DNA of 64,000 nt, counting the filler, from Collodictyon triciliatum (taxonomy: Eukaryota): assembly GCA_043381765.1 (NCBI GenBank). It is 5 parts of 5 records of this genome, joined end to end, with 100 filler letters (N's around TTAATTAATTAA, not from the genome) between each part and the next. Parts side by side here need not be neighbours in the genome. Positions count along the whole stretch, not along the records: positions 51,473 to 64,000 come from JBHJMP010002146.1; 4 more parts are not named here. One strand, written 5' to 3'. The stretch's first letter is position 1; the number at the start of each line of letters is the position of its first letter. The notes below the pieces were generated by a model that made no database searches, had not been told where the DNA came from, and saw only the letters and a program-made list of their open reading frames with translations. Position numbers and translations under genes: made by a program. This document shows positions 63,737 through 64,000 of the stretch, piece after piece.

Positions 63737-63909
63737 ATTTTTATTTCGCTGTCCTTATCTTATATATACTATAGTTTGAAACTTTAAGTATACAGGCACA
63801 AACAAAGAGACTAAGCCCCATAATTACACTGCACAATTCATCATGAAACGATTGATGAGGTGGCAACCGTAGACAGGGATAGAGGGACAGACAAGTTTGT
63901 GGGAATGAA

Positions 63910-64000
<91 letters not shown>

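Overview
AT-rich, intron-dense eukaryotic (protist-like) genomic DNA with many microsatellites and several assembly gaps. Spliced genes recognisable from exon peptides: a conserved hypothetical protein, calcineurin B-like EF-hand protein, CFAP119/C1a-32-like flagellar protein, a TPR fragment, anoctamin/TMEM16, GH92 alpha-1,2-mannosidase, an acidic low-complexity protein, a soluble (sAC/Dictyostelium-sGC-type) nucleotidyl cyclase-STAND protein, PEX6, an atypical Arf GTPase, a DEAH11/12-like pseudo-helicase-RBR E3 ligase, a mitochondrial complex-I-type gamma carbonic anhydrase and a syntaxin. Mobile DNA includes decayed non-LTR retrotransposon pieces and a decayed Fanzor (eukaryotic TnpB-like RNA-guided nuclease) whose 3' end folds into a pseudoknotted omegaRNA-like structure. 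The most novel-looking signal is a dispersed family of ~27-bp insertions (CTTTGAATCGAATAAAGG + oligo-A) flanked by 15-17-bp target-site duplications, one of which duplicated the PEX6 start codon in frame. Exon boundaries and gene ends were inferred by eye and are approximate; family calls rest on recalled motifs, not database searches.
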